In this document: piece after piece, positions 10,711 to 18,787 of the stretch | Numbering within the stretch: the stretch's first letter is position 1 | How the letters are laid out: each line of letters starts with the position of its first letter | DNA from: an uncultured Planctomycetia bacterium | Lineage (GTDB): Bacteria; Omnitrophota; Gorgyraeia; VGKH01; JBHPFN01 | Assembly: GCA_964406665.1 (NCBI GenBank) | Contig: CAYOSQ010000001.1 | Location: 135,412-199,411, forward strand | Length of the DNA stretch: 64,000 bases | Direction: 5' to 3' | The notes under the pieces: generated by a model | The model's input: the letters and a program-made list of their open reading frames with translations, nothing else | Database searches by the model: none | Told to the model about the DNA's origin: nothing | Made by a program: the position numbers and the translations under genes

Positions 10711-10752
10711 TGTGTTTTAATATAAGATCTTGAGAAGGTTTCCTAAATAATC

Positions 10753-13149
10753 TTATTCTCCAGCTGTATAAAGCCCAGCGGGATGATGTGAAAAATTATA
10801 GTCGTTATCTACCAAACGAATTGTTATGCTAGCAAAATACCCAGGAAGTTCTCCGGGAGGTAATACATCTGGAGTGTAACGTGTTTCGTATTGGAATATA
10901 TTGTTTGATGAACTCGGACCATGAGAAGTCATGTCCCACGGCCAGCCCGCAAGTCCTTCGCTTCTGCAGGGTGATCCGGGAAAAGCAGAAGTAAATTCTG
11001 GGTTAGTACATTTTCTGGATTTGTTCCAATCAAAGATAGGCCAGCTAGAACCCTCGTCAAATTCTTTCCATTCAAAGTTGTTGTTTTCCAGATTAATAAA
11101 AGAACCAACTACTTTCCTGGTATATCCTGATTCTCCCCATCTTTCTAGCACTGCAGGTGGGTATGCTCTATAGCCGACAATAGAAACATAGTATTCAACA
11201 ATACCATTGTCATCTTCTCCGGCAACAGGAGCCATCTCGTCTTCATATAGCATTTCCCAATGGCCTTCATGCCAATCTTCATCTTCTACATAAGGATAAT
11301 CTGGATTATGAATTGTGTAAGGCAGCCCTCCTTCTGTAATTCCTGCGATACGTTCCATTTCATCAAGAAAACTTTCAGATACCGTAAAAGCCCTTTTTGC
11401 AGCGATTATTGCTGAAGGCTGCCAGTCATGACCTGCTTCTCCAACGTTATAATCACCCATGAGATAGATATTTTCTCTGGAAACTGTTGTTAGCGGCGCT
11501 AGTAGTGAGCGAGCCTTTGCTAGTGCTAGGTCGTAATCAGAATAAACAACACCATTTTGTGGCCAGATTCCATCAGTCTTCATTCTGTAAACATCTAGAG
11601 AGATAATATTTTCTTTTAATTGCCAGCTGTTGGTGTCGTGAAAAGAACGGTTGCGAGCTATCGTTTTGCCGCTGACGGGGCTTACATAGTCTCCATCAGG
11701 CTCAGGGCATATTAATAGTGGTTCAGGTTGTCCTTCTATATGAACTTGTATAGCAATTTCTTTGCTACATTCTTCAAAATTATTTATATACATACCCTCT
11801 GACTGAGCTTGGTTGAAATAAGTTGCTGAGTTAATTCGCGGAGGAGTAATGTGTTCAGCACCGGTATTGTGTTCAAGTATAACACCATCTAAAGAAGTGG
11901 GCATCCAGTCTTGCCAAGCACCAAGCTGCTCATAAGTGTTCGTAAAGTTAGCAGGTATATCTACAGGACTAACTGGATTAGGGTAGTAGTAACGAGTACC
12001 GCCCCACCAAAGGCCACCGCTTGTTCTCCAGAAGAGATCCCAGTCATAACTAGAACTAAGCCTTGTCGGGATTCTTTCTTCTGGCTGCCCGTTGGCGTTA
12101 ATCCTTACAGAGCGGTGGTACCGTTCTCCCGGAGCAGCATCTCCATAAATATAGTAATCACTATACATGTAAAGATCTTCGTTAATTAAATTTGGGTCAT
12201 GTCCTGTGGCAAGCTCACAGTTTCCTTCAGGAAGAATACAGTTAGCAAAGTCGCCTTCACAAGTTGCATATAGCTCGTTGCCAGGGCCAGCAGGGAGCTC
12301 ACCATTAAATGCGGGATTATCCATAAATAGTCCACTTCTTTCGCCGTAGACTTTTCCATCATGATGATGATAGTAGTCGTATTCCTCACCATTTAAATTC
12401 TGTGGGTCCCACCAGGGGTCACGCATCCAGTAGAGTATGTCATTCCAAGAAGGAGCATCGCCAATGACGTTACCATATTGATCATATGCTACATCTTCAG
12501 GAGGCATATAGGCATATGTGTTGTAGCTGATATATTGAGCAGCTTCTAATGTATTGATATTTTGAATAACTACACTATCAGCAAATTTTAGATTTCCGTT
12601 TGTGTGAATACTACCGCCTTCAGCTAAAAAAGTTGTCCAACCCATATACATACTGTAAGGACTAAACCAAAAGTATTCATACAGAGTGCTGATTGATACT
12701 TTAGCAGCCATGAGGTATGAGTTATCGGTTGTATCGCTTACGCCTCTGGCTAGAATAGCGAACTGTCCGTCTCCTTCATCTAGGTAGACTTTGGTAAAGA
12801 ATTTATCGTTTAAGGCTTTGTATTCTCCTGTTCCACCATCATGTTCTGCAATTGTGTCTAAAAAAACATGTAGAGGAGTACCGTAATCATATAAGAAAGT
12901 AGGGTCGGTATCCTCGGGGTCGAAGTAATGCGTTTTCCAGCTTGTGCCGTGATTTATTAGTTCGTAGTAGGCACACTCGAATCCTTTTTCAGCATTATAC
13001 TTTGCGCTAAGATCGCCGTAATTTTCACGAGCAATCAAATCTTCATTAATACTTTTTGCAAAGATAGCAGCAGAGAGAATTGTAAGCACTATAATAGTTG
13101 CAAAAGAACCAACGAGTAAGAAACCACATTTATTTCTTAGTCTTATCAT
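10753..13149 (-). CDS. PilX/GspK-like minor pilin with large acidic, aromatic-rich C-terminal domain (paralog 2)
   Basis: Class III signal KCG|FLLVGS without Glu5; AKYNAEKG helix; IHTNG and GDYN motifs shared with 14815-17115. Confidence 0.75.
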   Translation of the reverse strand: MIRLRNKCGFLLVGSFATIIVLTILSAAIFAKSINEDLIARENYGDLSAKYNAEKGFECAYYELINHGTSWKTHYFDPEDTDPTFLYDYGTPLHVFLDTIAEHDGGTGEYKALNDKFFTKVYLDEGDGQFAILARGVSDTTDNSYLMAAKVSISTLYEYFWFSPYSMYMGWTTFLAEGGSIHTNGNLKFADSVVIQNINTLEAAQYISYNTYAYMPPEDVAYDQYGNVIGDAPSWNDILYWMRDPWWDPQNLNGEEYDYYHHHDGKVYGERSGLFMDNPAFNGELPAGPGNELYATCEGDFANCILPEGNCELATGHDPNLINEDLYMYSDYYIYGDAAPGERYHRSVRINANGQPEERIPTRLSSSYDWDLFWRTSGGLWWGGTRYYYPNPVSPVDIPANFTNTYEQLGAWQDWMPTSLDGVILEHNTGAEHITPPRINSATYFNQAQSEGMYINNFEECSKEIAIQVHIEGQPEPLLICPEPDGDYVSPVSGKTIARNRSFHDTNSWQLKENIISLDVYRMKTDGIWPQNGVVYSDYDLALAKARSLLAPLTTVSRENIYLMGDYNVGEAGHDWQPSAIIAAKRAFTVSESFLDEMERIAGITEGGLPYTIHNPDYPYVEDEDWHEGHWEMLYEDEMAPVAGEDDNGIVEYYVSIVGYRAYPPAVLERWGESGYTRKVVGSFINLENNNFEWKEFDEGSSWPIFDWNKSRKCTNPEFTSAFPGSPCRSEGLAGWPWDMTSHGPSSSNNIFQYETRYTPDVLPPGELPGYFASITIRLVDNDYNFSHHPAGLYTAGE

Positions 13150-13185
13150 GATAATTACCTCTTTAGCTGTCTAGGAAAACACCAG

Positions 13186-14775
13186 CTAGTTTCTTAAAGT
13201 AACAGAGCTTGTAATAGAAAATTCAAAAGGACCTGACATCATAGAATCTTTTGATGCTTCAATGATTATATTGACAGAGTCCGGATTGCTATCTTTAGGA
13301 TTTCCGCTTTCATCAAAACCTTGGAAATCAACCCGTATTATATTATCTGCGACAACCGAGAATGTATAGTTGTCTATGCTTCCCATATCTTCGGCAAAAA
13401 CTAAATTCGAGAAGAATTTTTTTATAGCACAAAATGGAGGACAGCCTCCTGGGTCTCGACCCTGTGCTGGCAGATCTTTATTATGCACCAGATATCCATT
13501 AGCAAAGTAGTTGTGATATGGGTTTACTTCAATGTTGTAAACTATTATCTTTTCATCAACAGCTTCTATGCTGGTAATTGTTTCTTCTTTTCCTTCCTGG
13601 GTAAGAAGAATATCACCTTGTTTTAGCTTACCTGCTCTAACCCATGCACCATTAGCGAAGAAAGGATGTTCTGTTGTTACTTTGATGCCATCATTGATTA
13701 TCAGATACCCTTGGACCTCATGCATGAATACTTCTTTTACTGTGTCTCCTAGCTTAGTTCGAGAATTTTCACTATAAGAGGTTACTTTATCTCCTGTAAC
13801 TATATTTTCAATAAACTTGTTAGTGCCATCAGCCATAAGAATAGAAGTGCCGGGTAAGAGACAGCCTTTATTATGAGCTAATATGTTATCAGCATAATAT
13901 GTATGATAAGGGTTAACCTCAAGGTTGTATACCAACACAGGTTCTTCGATCCTTTCTATGCTGGTGATTGTTTCTTTAGAGCCGTTTACCTTGGTTAACT
14001 CATCACCTATATTAAGCAAGCCGATATCTACCCATCTACCTTTATGAAATACTGGGTGGTTAGGTGTTGCCTTGATGCGACCATTGATTAAAAGATAGTT
14101 ATCTTCTTCATGAATAAATGTTTCCACTACCTTATCAGACTTATTTTTACCAGATTCCTGATCATAGGCTAATACAGTGTCTCCTACTTTAATTGCTTCA
14201 ATATCTTTAGTTGAACCATCAGCTAAAAGAATAGGGGTACCTGCGAGAAAACAAGGATCGCATTCACCGCAGTCTAATTCACAAGTATTACAGTCTTCTC
14301 CAATCTCTGGTTCGCAGCCTTTGATGCCACAATGGTTAGTTGCTATTAAGCGCATAAGTCTTCCAGCGTTCGCGGAAGAAAAATTACTATGGGGTACTAA
14401 ATATACAACTTCTTCATTAAGAATACCATCAGCGCCCCATTTAATTTCTCCATAGGGATCTTCTTTATAATATGTGCCCGTGATAGGATCGTCAGTAATC
14501 TGCGGTGTCTGTAATTTTATAAGATGTCCGATACAGGTATTAACGTGTTCTCCGGTACACTCTTCAATAAAAACATGACCGGAATCTGATTGTTCTAGCT
14601 CTTTGACCATGCGTTCCATTGAGTAGCGGGCCTTCTGTTGTAGGTCAACCATTGAAGAACTTCTAATCCAGGTATTTCTTCCTATTATAATAGTACCGAT
14701 AACAATACCAAGTATAAATATTGCTATAACAACAGTTGCCATAGTTTCAGAAAGGGTAAATGCTTTTCTGTTCAT
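13186..14775 (-). CDS. PilW-like minor pilin with Cys-rich repeat and two tandem Hint domains
   Basis: RKA|FTLSE prepilin motif; LQQKARYSMERMVKEL helix; two 128-aa Cys...HN Hint units; C-terminal SVTLRN. Confidence 0.85.
   Translation of the reverse strand: MNRKAFTLSETMATVVIAIFILGIVIGTIIIGRNTWIRSSSMVDLQQKARYSMERMVKELEQSDSGHVFIEECTGEHVNTCIGHLIKLQTPQITDDPITGTYYKEDPYGEIKWGADGILNEEVVYLVPHSNFSSANAGRLMRLIATNHCGIKGCEPEIGEDCNTCELDCGECDPCFLAGTPILLADGSTKDIEAIKVGDTVLAYDQESGKNKSDKVVETFIHEEDNYLLINGRIKATPNHPVFHKGRWVDIGLLNIGDELTKVNGSKETITSIERIEEPVLVYNLEVNPYHTYYADNILAHNKGCLLPGTSILMADGTNKFIENIVTGDKVTSYSENSRTKLGDTVKEVFMHEVQGYLIINDGIKVTTEHPFFANGAWVRAGKLKQGDILLTQEGKEETITSIEAVDEKIIVYNIEVNPYHNYFANGYLVHNKDLPAQGRDPGGCPPFCAIKKFFSNLVFAEDMGSIDNYTFSVVADNIIRVDFQGFDESGNPKDSNPDSVNIIIEASKDSMMSGPFEFSITSSVTLRN
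13469..13866. repeat. 398-bp direct repeat, copy A (partner 17437-17834)
   Basis: Manual ungapped alignment gives about 28 mismatches in 398 bp (~93% identity). Confidence 0.92.
13480..13863 (-). other. Hint (intein-like) domain 2 of the 529-aa pilin
   Basis: CLLPGTSILMADG...TTEHPF...YNIEV...YFANGYLVHN followed by K. Confidence 0.92.
13870..14253 (-). other. Hint (intein-like) domain 1 of the 529-aa pilin
   Basis: CFLAGTPILLADG...TPNHPV...VYNLEV...YYADNILAHN followed by KG. Confidence 0.92.
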
Positions 14776-14814
14776 TCCTTGTCCCCCCTTGTTAGTTTAT
14801 ATGATATCACAGTA

Positions 14815-17115
14815 TTAATAATATTTAACATAATAATAATTGAATTCAGAGAGAGGTATTTCCATGTAGATTTGTTCGGTGAAACCAACATAATCTTCTG
14901 GAGGATACTCGCCTGTTTCATTGTATGATTTATCATATTTGAATTCGTTATTTGCAGCATAAGGACCAATGGCACCCATTGAACTTGGCCAGCCAGGGTT
15001 TGTGCGTTCTGGTCTGGCGACAGTGTTATCATATTGGCCTGGATTTCCAAAATCTTCTTCACTGATTCTTATCTTGGAACCAAGGACAGTTCTTTTACGC
15101 TGCGTCCAATTGCTAGGAGTGTTATTTAAATCTCCCACATCTTGATAAAAGCTCCAGTTTTCTAAAACCTTGGGTTCATAAGCACGGTGACCGATAGCAG
15201 AAATATTATAGGTATAGTCTTTATCTACATTATTGGCAACTGTTCCGTCATATATCGGCAGAGTTAACGGAGGAGGTTTTTCCAGCTCTTGGCATACCTC
15301 TTCTTTTGGATCGCAAGGCGGAGGATAGGCCTCTGGGTTATCTTTTAAATTAGCCATCCAGTTGTATCTATCACCAGGGTCTGCTGTTAAATCCCAGTTA
15401 GGTTCATAGGGATATTCAATATGAAATCTGGTTATTGGTAGAGCACTAGGATAGTTAAACACATCAGATAAAGTATATAAATCCATTGCACAGATTGCTG
15501 CAGAAGGTTGTTTATCAGTTGCGAGATCACCAATGTTATAATCTCCTTTTAAATGCAAGTTTTTCTCAGTTATCCAGGTAACCCCACCTTCTGGTAAAAC
15601 TTCGGCATTATCAACAACTATATTAGCTTCGGAATAGATTAATCCGTTTCCAGGAGAATTTCCGGATGCAAGCAGTTCGGAAAAATTAAATTCTGTTACG
15701 ATGTTTTCTTGCATGCTGTGAGTGTTTATAAAAGTTTTAATTTCTGCCACAAGGTGTCCGCCTATCCATACTTCTCCTGAGGCATCAGATGGATATGAAA
15801 CGCGCGCAATCTGTACGCTGATTTCAGTTCCGTCTTCGTTTGACCCGATATATATACCTGCATCTTGAGCTGCATCTGCATAGTTTGAAGCGGCTACTGA
15901 CAAGGGTTCAATGTATTCTGCTCCAGAAGAGTAATCTTTTATAACTCCGGCTAGATTTGGTTCTGAAGCTGTATAATCAGATAGAGCTTGGGCTTGTGAA
16001 GCAAAAGAAGTGTTTAGCCATTTAACTGTTATTTCTGATTCTGGGAATCCCCAGGCTTCAGTAATGCTCCAGTATTTGTTTATGGTGTATGGTGCCTCTA
16101 ACCTGTTGGGAAGTCTGGTTTCGTTAATCCAGGCAATCCTGTCATCGTCAGCATAGTTTTCTGGGGCTTCATCAGGAAGGGGAGGATCTGGGTCAATATC
16201 AGGATCCCAGATTGCCTGAGCGGCATTGCGAATATTATACTTATCTCCATACACATGTCCATAAGATCTATTTTCGTATGAATACTCTGAAAACATTCCT
16301 CCTGAATATGTTTCTAAAGATTCTCCGGAATCTGGCTCGTAATTTGCTGAAGTCCAAGGTGCATGATTATATTTATAGTAGCTTCTCCAGGTTTCATGTG
16401 GGCAGTCTGTACATCCGGGAGTTTCATCCATGAAGTCATCGATGAATTCATAGGGAAGCCATGACTTGGCATAATATTGAATATAATCTTTTGCAGAAAA
16501 TTCACTAACATTAAAAATTTCAACGGAGTTCTGAAATATGAAGCTTCCATTAGTATGCATCCTTCCACCGTCAGCAAGCCATGTTCTACTACTTAAATAA
16601 TATGTTGAAGGAGAAAACAAAAAATAATCATAAAGAGATTGTGAGATAGTTTTAGACATAAATATTCTTTCAGTGCCTTGATTTTCACTTAGTCCTTTGG
16701 AATATATAAAATAGTCATCACTTGAAGGGCTTTTAAAAACTTTTACAGCAAAGTCTAGCCCTAACCCAGATCCTTTAGAAATATAGCATCCGTAGGTAGG
16801 ACTTTCTGGATCTTCATCTATCGCGGTTAATCCAGATAGCGTTACCGTTGGAACAGTGCCTGTGGGAACAAGCAGGCCATCTGCCTTTACCGTATGAGTA
16901 ACCCAATTGAGACTATGTGAAATTTCATATCTTGCCAAATTCAATCCGGCATCTGCAGCACACTTAGATTCTATATTACTTTGTTGCCTGCGTATGTTTA
17001 AGTTGTCGTTTGCTATTCTAAAAAAGAATGCTGTGGCCAATACAGAAAGTGCTGTAACAACAATGTAAGTGCCAATGAGTACAAAACCCTTTTTGTTAAG
17101 TATTTTTACGTTCAT
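14815..17115 (-). CDS. PilX/GspK-like minor pilin with large C-terminal domain (paralog 1)
   Basis: KKG|FVLIGT class III signal lacking Glu5; AADAGLNLA helix; MHTNG, GDYN and VLENW motifs. Confidence 0.78.
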   Translation of the reverse strand: MNVKILNKKGFVLIGTYIVVTALSVLATAFFFRIANDNLNIRRQQSNIESKCAADAGLNLARYEISHSLNWVTHTVKADGLLVPTGTVPTVTLSGLTAIDEDPESPTYGCYISKGSGLGLDFAVKVFKSPSSDDYFIYSKGLSENQGTERIFMSKTISQSLYDYFLFSPSTYYLSSRTWLADGGRMHTNGSFIFQNSVEIFNVSEFSAKDYIQYYAKSWLPYEFIDDFMDETPGCTDCPHETWRSYYKYNHAPWTSANYEPDSGESLETYSGGMFSEYSYENRSYGHVYGDKYNIRNAAQAIWDPDIDPDPPLPDEAPENYADDDRIAWINETRLPNRLEAPYTINKYWSITEAWGFPESEITVKWLNTSFASQAQALSDYTASEPNLAGVIKDYSSGAEYIEPLSVAASNYADAAQDAGIYIGSNEDGTEISVQIARVSYPSDASGEVWIGGHLVAEIKTFINTHSMQENIVTEFNFSELLASGNSPGNGLIYSEANIVVDNAEVLPEGGVTWITEKNLHLKGDYNIGDLATDKQPSAAICAMDLYTLSDVFNYPSALPITRFHIEYPYEPNWDLTADPGDRYNWMANLKDNPEAYPPPCDPKEEVCQELEKPPPLTLPIYDGTVANNVDKDYTYNISAIGHRAYEPKVLENWSFYQDVGDLNNTPSNWTQRKRTVLGSKIRISEEDFGNPGQYDNTVARPERTNPGWPSSMGAIGPYAANNEFKYDKSYNETGEYPPEDYVGFTEQIYMEIPLSEFNYYYVKYY

Positions 17116-17141
17116 TTTACCCCTCGCTTTTAGATGGCAAT

Positions 17142-18416
17142 TTATTCATTTACATTTACTGCTGAATGTAATGTTACCTCTAGCTCTCTACCGAGTAGAA
17201 ATATATTCTTTTTAGCCAAAATAGTTATTTTTATTACTTCCGGATTTGCTGCATCCGGTATTGCTGTAAATGTTATCCTATCTATATTTTGAGTGAGAAC
17301 ACGTTCTCCATAAAGCATGTCCGCATATGCGCATGGTGTTAAAAATATTGATCTAAAGAATTTATTAAGCGATGTCCAATCACCACAGTCTGGTGGGCAA
17401 TCGCCACCCCGGAGTTCCATCTGATAGTGCATCGCGGGCAGATCTTTATTATGCACCAGATATCCATTAGCAAAGTAGTTATGATATGGGTTTACTTCAA
17501 TGTTGTAAACTATTATCTTCTCATCAACAGCTTCTATGCTGGTAATTGTTTCTTCTTTTTCTTCCTGGGTAAGAAGAATATCACCTTGTTTTAGCTTACC
17601 TGCTTTAACCCATGCACCATTAGCGAAGAAAGGATGTTCTGCTGTTGTTTTGATATTATCATTGATTATCAGATATCCTTGGACCTCATGCATGAATACT
17701 TCCTTTACTATATCTTCCAGCTTAACTTGAGAGTCTTCATCATAAGAGGTTACTTTATCTCCTGTAACTATATCTTCAATAAATTTGTTAGTGCCATCAG
17801 CCATAAGAATAGAGGTGCCTGGCAAGAGACAGCCGGGATGGCAGGGACCGCAATCTGTTGAACAGGTACTGCAGGTTTCTCCTAGCTCTGGCTCACATAT
17901 TTCATTGCCGCAATGAGCAGGATTACATTCTCCGCAGTCTGGAATGCATTCATCGCAAATTTCGTAAGGGGTTTCGCATACCTCGTTTCCACAAACTGGA
18001 TCGATTGGTTGTTTTCTTACTAAACTGCCTTGATTTTCTCCTTGAGCCGGAACATAGTAGTAACCAAATTCATCAGGCCATCCATCAATACCCCATTTGA
18101 TTTGACCGGATTCATCATAATATGTTCCTGCTACTGGATCGTTGGTTATAATCGGGGCCTGAAATTCAATTACATCTCCTACACATTCAGTTTCTATGCA
18201 TCCAGTAACTGTGATGTGATCTGCATCTAGAGATTTTAATTCGTTTACAATTCTATCCATTGCAAACCGTGTAGATTGTGTCAGATCAGCATATGCAGAA
18301 TTAGTTAAGAATGTATCGCGACCAACTACAAGGGTTGAGGTAATCATTAAACCAATACCAACACAAATCGCCGTTACAACTAATCCTTCAAAAAGTGTGA
18401 AAGCTTTTCTATTCAT
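17142..18416 (-). CDS. PilW-like minor pilin with two Cys-rich repeats and one Hint domain
   Basis: RKA|FTLFE prepilin motif; AAGGAGGT RBS at 18421-18428 favours ATG 18416 over GTG 18419; CGNExC repeats; Hint domain. Confidence 0.85.
   Translation of the reverse strand: MNRKAFTLFEGLVVTAICVGIGLMITSTLVVGRDTFLTNSAYADLTQSTRFAMDRIVNELKSLDADHITVTGCIETECVGDVIEFQAPIITNDPVAGTYYDESGQIKWGIDGWPDEFGYYYVPAQGENQGSLVRKQPIDPVCGNEVCETPYEICDECIPDCGECNPAHCGNEICEPELGETCSTCSTDCGPCHPGCLLPGTSILMADGTNKFIEDIVTGDKVTSYDEDSQVKLEDIVKEVFMHEVQGYLIINDNIKTTAEHPFFANGAWVKAGKLKQGDILLTQEEKEETITSIEAVDEKIIVYNIEVNPYHNYFANGYLVHNKDLPAMHYQMELRGGDCPPDCGDWTSLNKFFRSIFLTPCAYADMLYGERVLTQNIDRITFTAIPDAANPEVIKITILAKKNIFLLGRELEVTLHSAVNVNE
17437..17834. 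repeat. 398-bp direct repeat, copy B (partner 13469-13866)
   Basis: Same alignment; limits coincide with the Hint domain plus 1-4 flanking codons. Confidence 0.92.
17448..17831 (-). other. Hint (intein-like) domain of the 425-aa pilin
   Basis: CLLPGTSILMADG...TAEHPF...YFANGYLVHN followed by K. Confidence 0.92.
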
Positions 18417-18448
18417 CACAACCTCCTTTTAAATATCATCTTAAGATT

Positions 18449-18480
18449 AAAAAACCCATCCAACTATAATGGATGGGCTC
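18449..18480 (-). terminator. Intrinsic terminator, expression platform of the riboswitch
   Basis: Minus strand GCCCATCCA-TTATAGT-TGGATGGGT followed by a T run, between aptamer and RBS. Confidence 0.85.
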
Positions 18481-18492
18481 AATGCCACATTT

Positions 18493-18576
18493 CTTGTTGG
18501 CAACCCGGCTATCCTTTTACAAGGATCCTTGGTTTTGTGCCCCACCCTTACAGATGGTTTACCCTTTTTCAACAAG
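18493..18576 (-). ncRNA. c-di-GMP-I (GEMM) riboswitch aptamer upstream of the pilin-Hint operon
   Basis: Minus strand CTTGTTG-AAAAAGG-GTAAACCATCT-GTAA-GGGTGGGGCAC-AAA-ACCAAGGATCC...GGATAGCCGGGTTGC-CAACAAG; 7-bp P1, GNRA loop, G20 and C92 equivalents. Confidence 0.88.
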
Positions 18577-18601
18577 CTATTTTACTATATCTTGTAGTCA
18601 A

Positions 18602-18629
18602 AGTATAGCATAAAAGCCAGTTTTTTCAA
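18602..18629 (-). promoter_or_regulatory. Sigma70-like promoter for riboswitch and pilin operon
   Basis: Minus strand TTGAAA-16 nt-TATACT with extended -10 TG. Confidence 0.65.
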
Positions 18630-18704
18630 GGGGTTAAAAAAAATCGAAATATACAACTTTTTTTTAAAAAAAAGACATTTTTATCTTTTTTTAGAATTTT
18701 TTTG

Positions 18705-18732
18705 TTGCAAAGATAAAAAATAATGATATAAT
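18705..18732 (+). promoter_or_regulatory. Sigma70-like promoter for the PAC2 operon
   Basis: TTGCAA-16 nt-TATAAT with TG. Confidence 0.5.
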
Positions 18733-18787
18733 AAAAAATACAGCAACAATTAGAATAAACAAAATCTGTAACTTTAATAAATAGAAT

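Noticed and set aside
14772-15062. 96-aa alternative-frame ORF bridging two pilin genes
   Set aside because: Overlaps the better-supported 766-aa ORF and has no recognisable motif or RBS
13480-17831. Hint domains as classical mobile inteins
   Set aside because: No homing endonuclease, +1 residue is Lys, and hosts are variable surface proteins rather than conserved enzymes
13469-17834. Near-identical repeat pair as a diversity-generating retroelement TR/VR
   Set aside because: Mismatches involve all four bases in both copies and are almost all transitions, not adenine-specific; no reverse transcriptase in the window
13186-18416. Polymorphic toxin-immunity locus
   Set aside because: Post-Hint sequence is the pilin C-terminal half with no toxin motif, and no small immunity-like genes follow
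10711-18787. Pilin operon as a mobile genomic island
   Set aside because: Opposite orientation to its flanks, but no integrase, transposase, tRNA or flanking direct repeats seen
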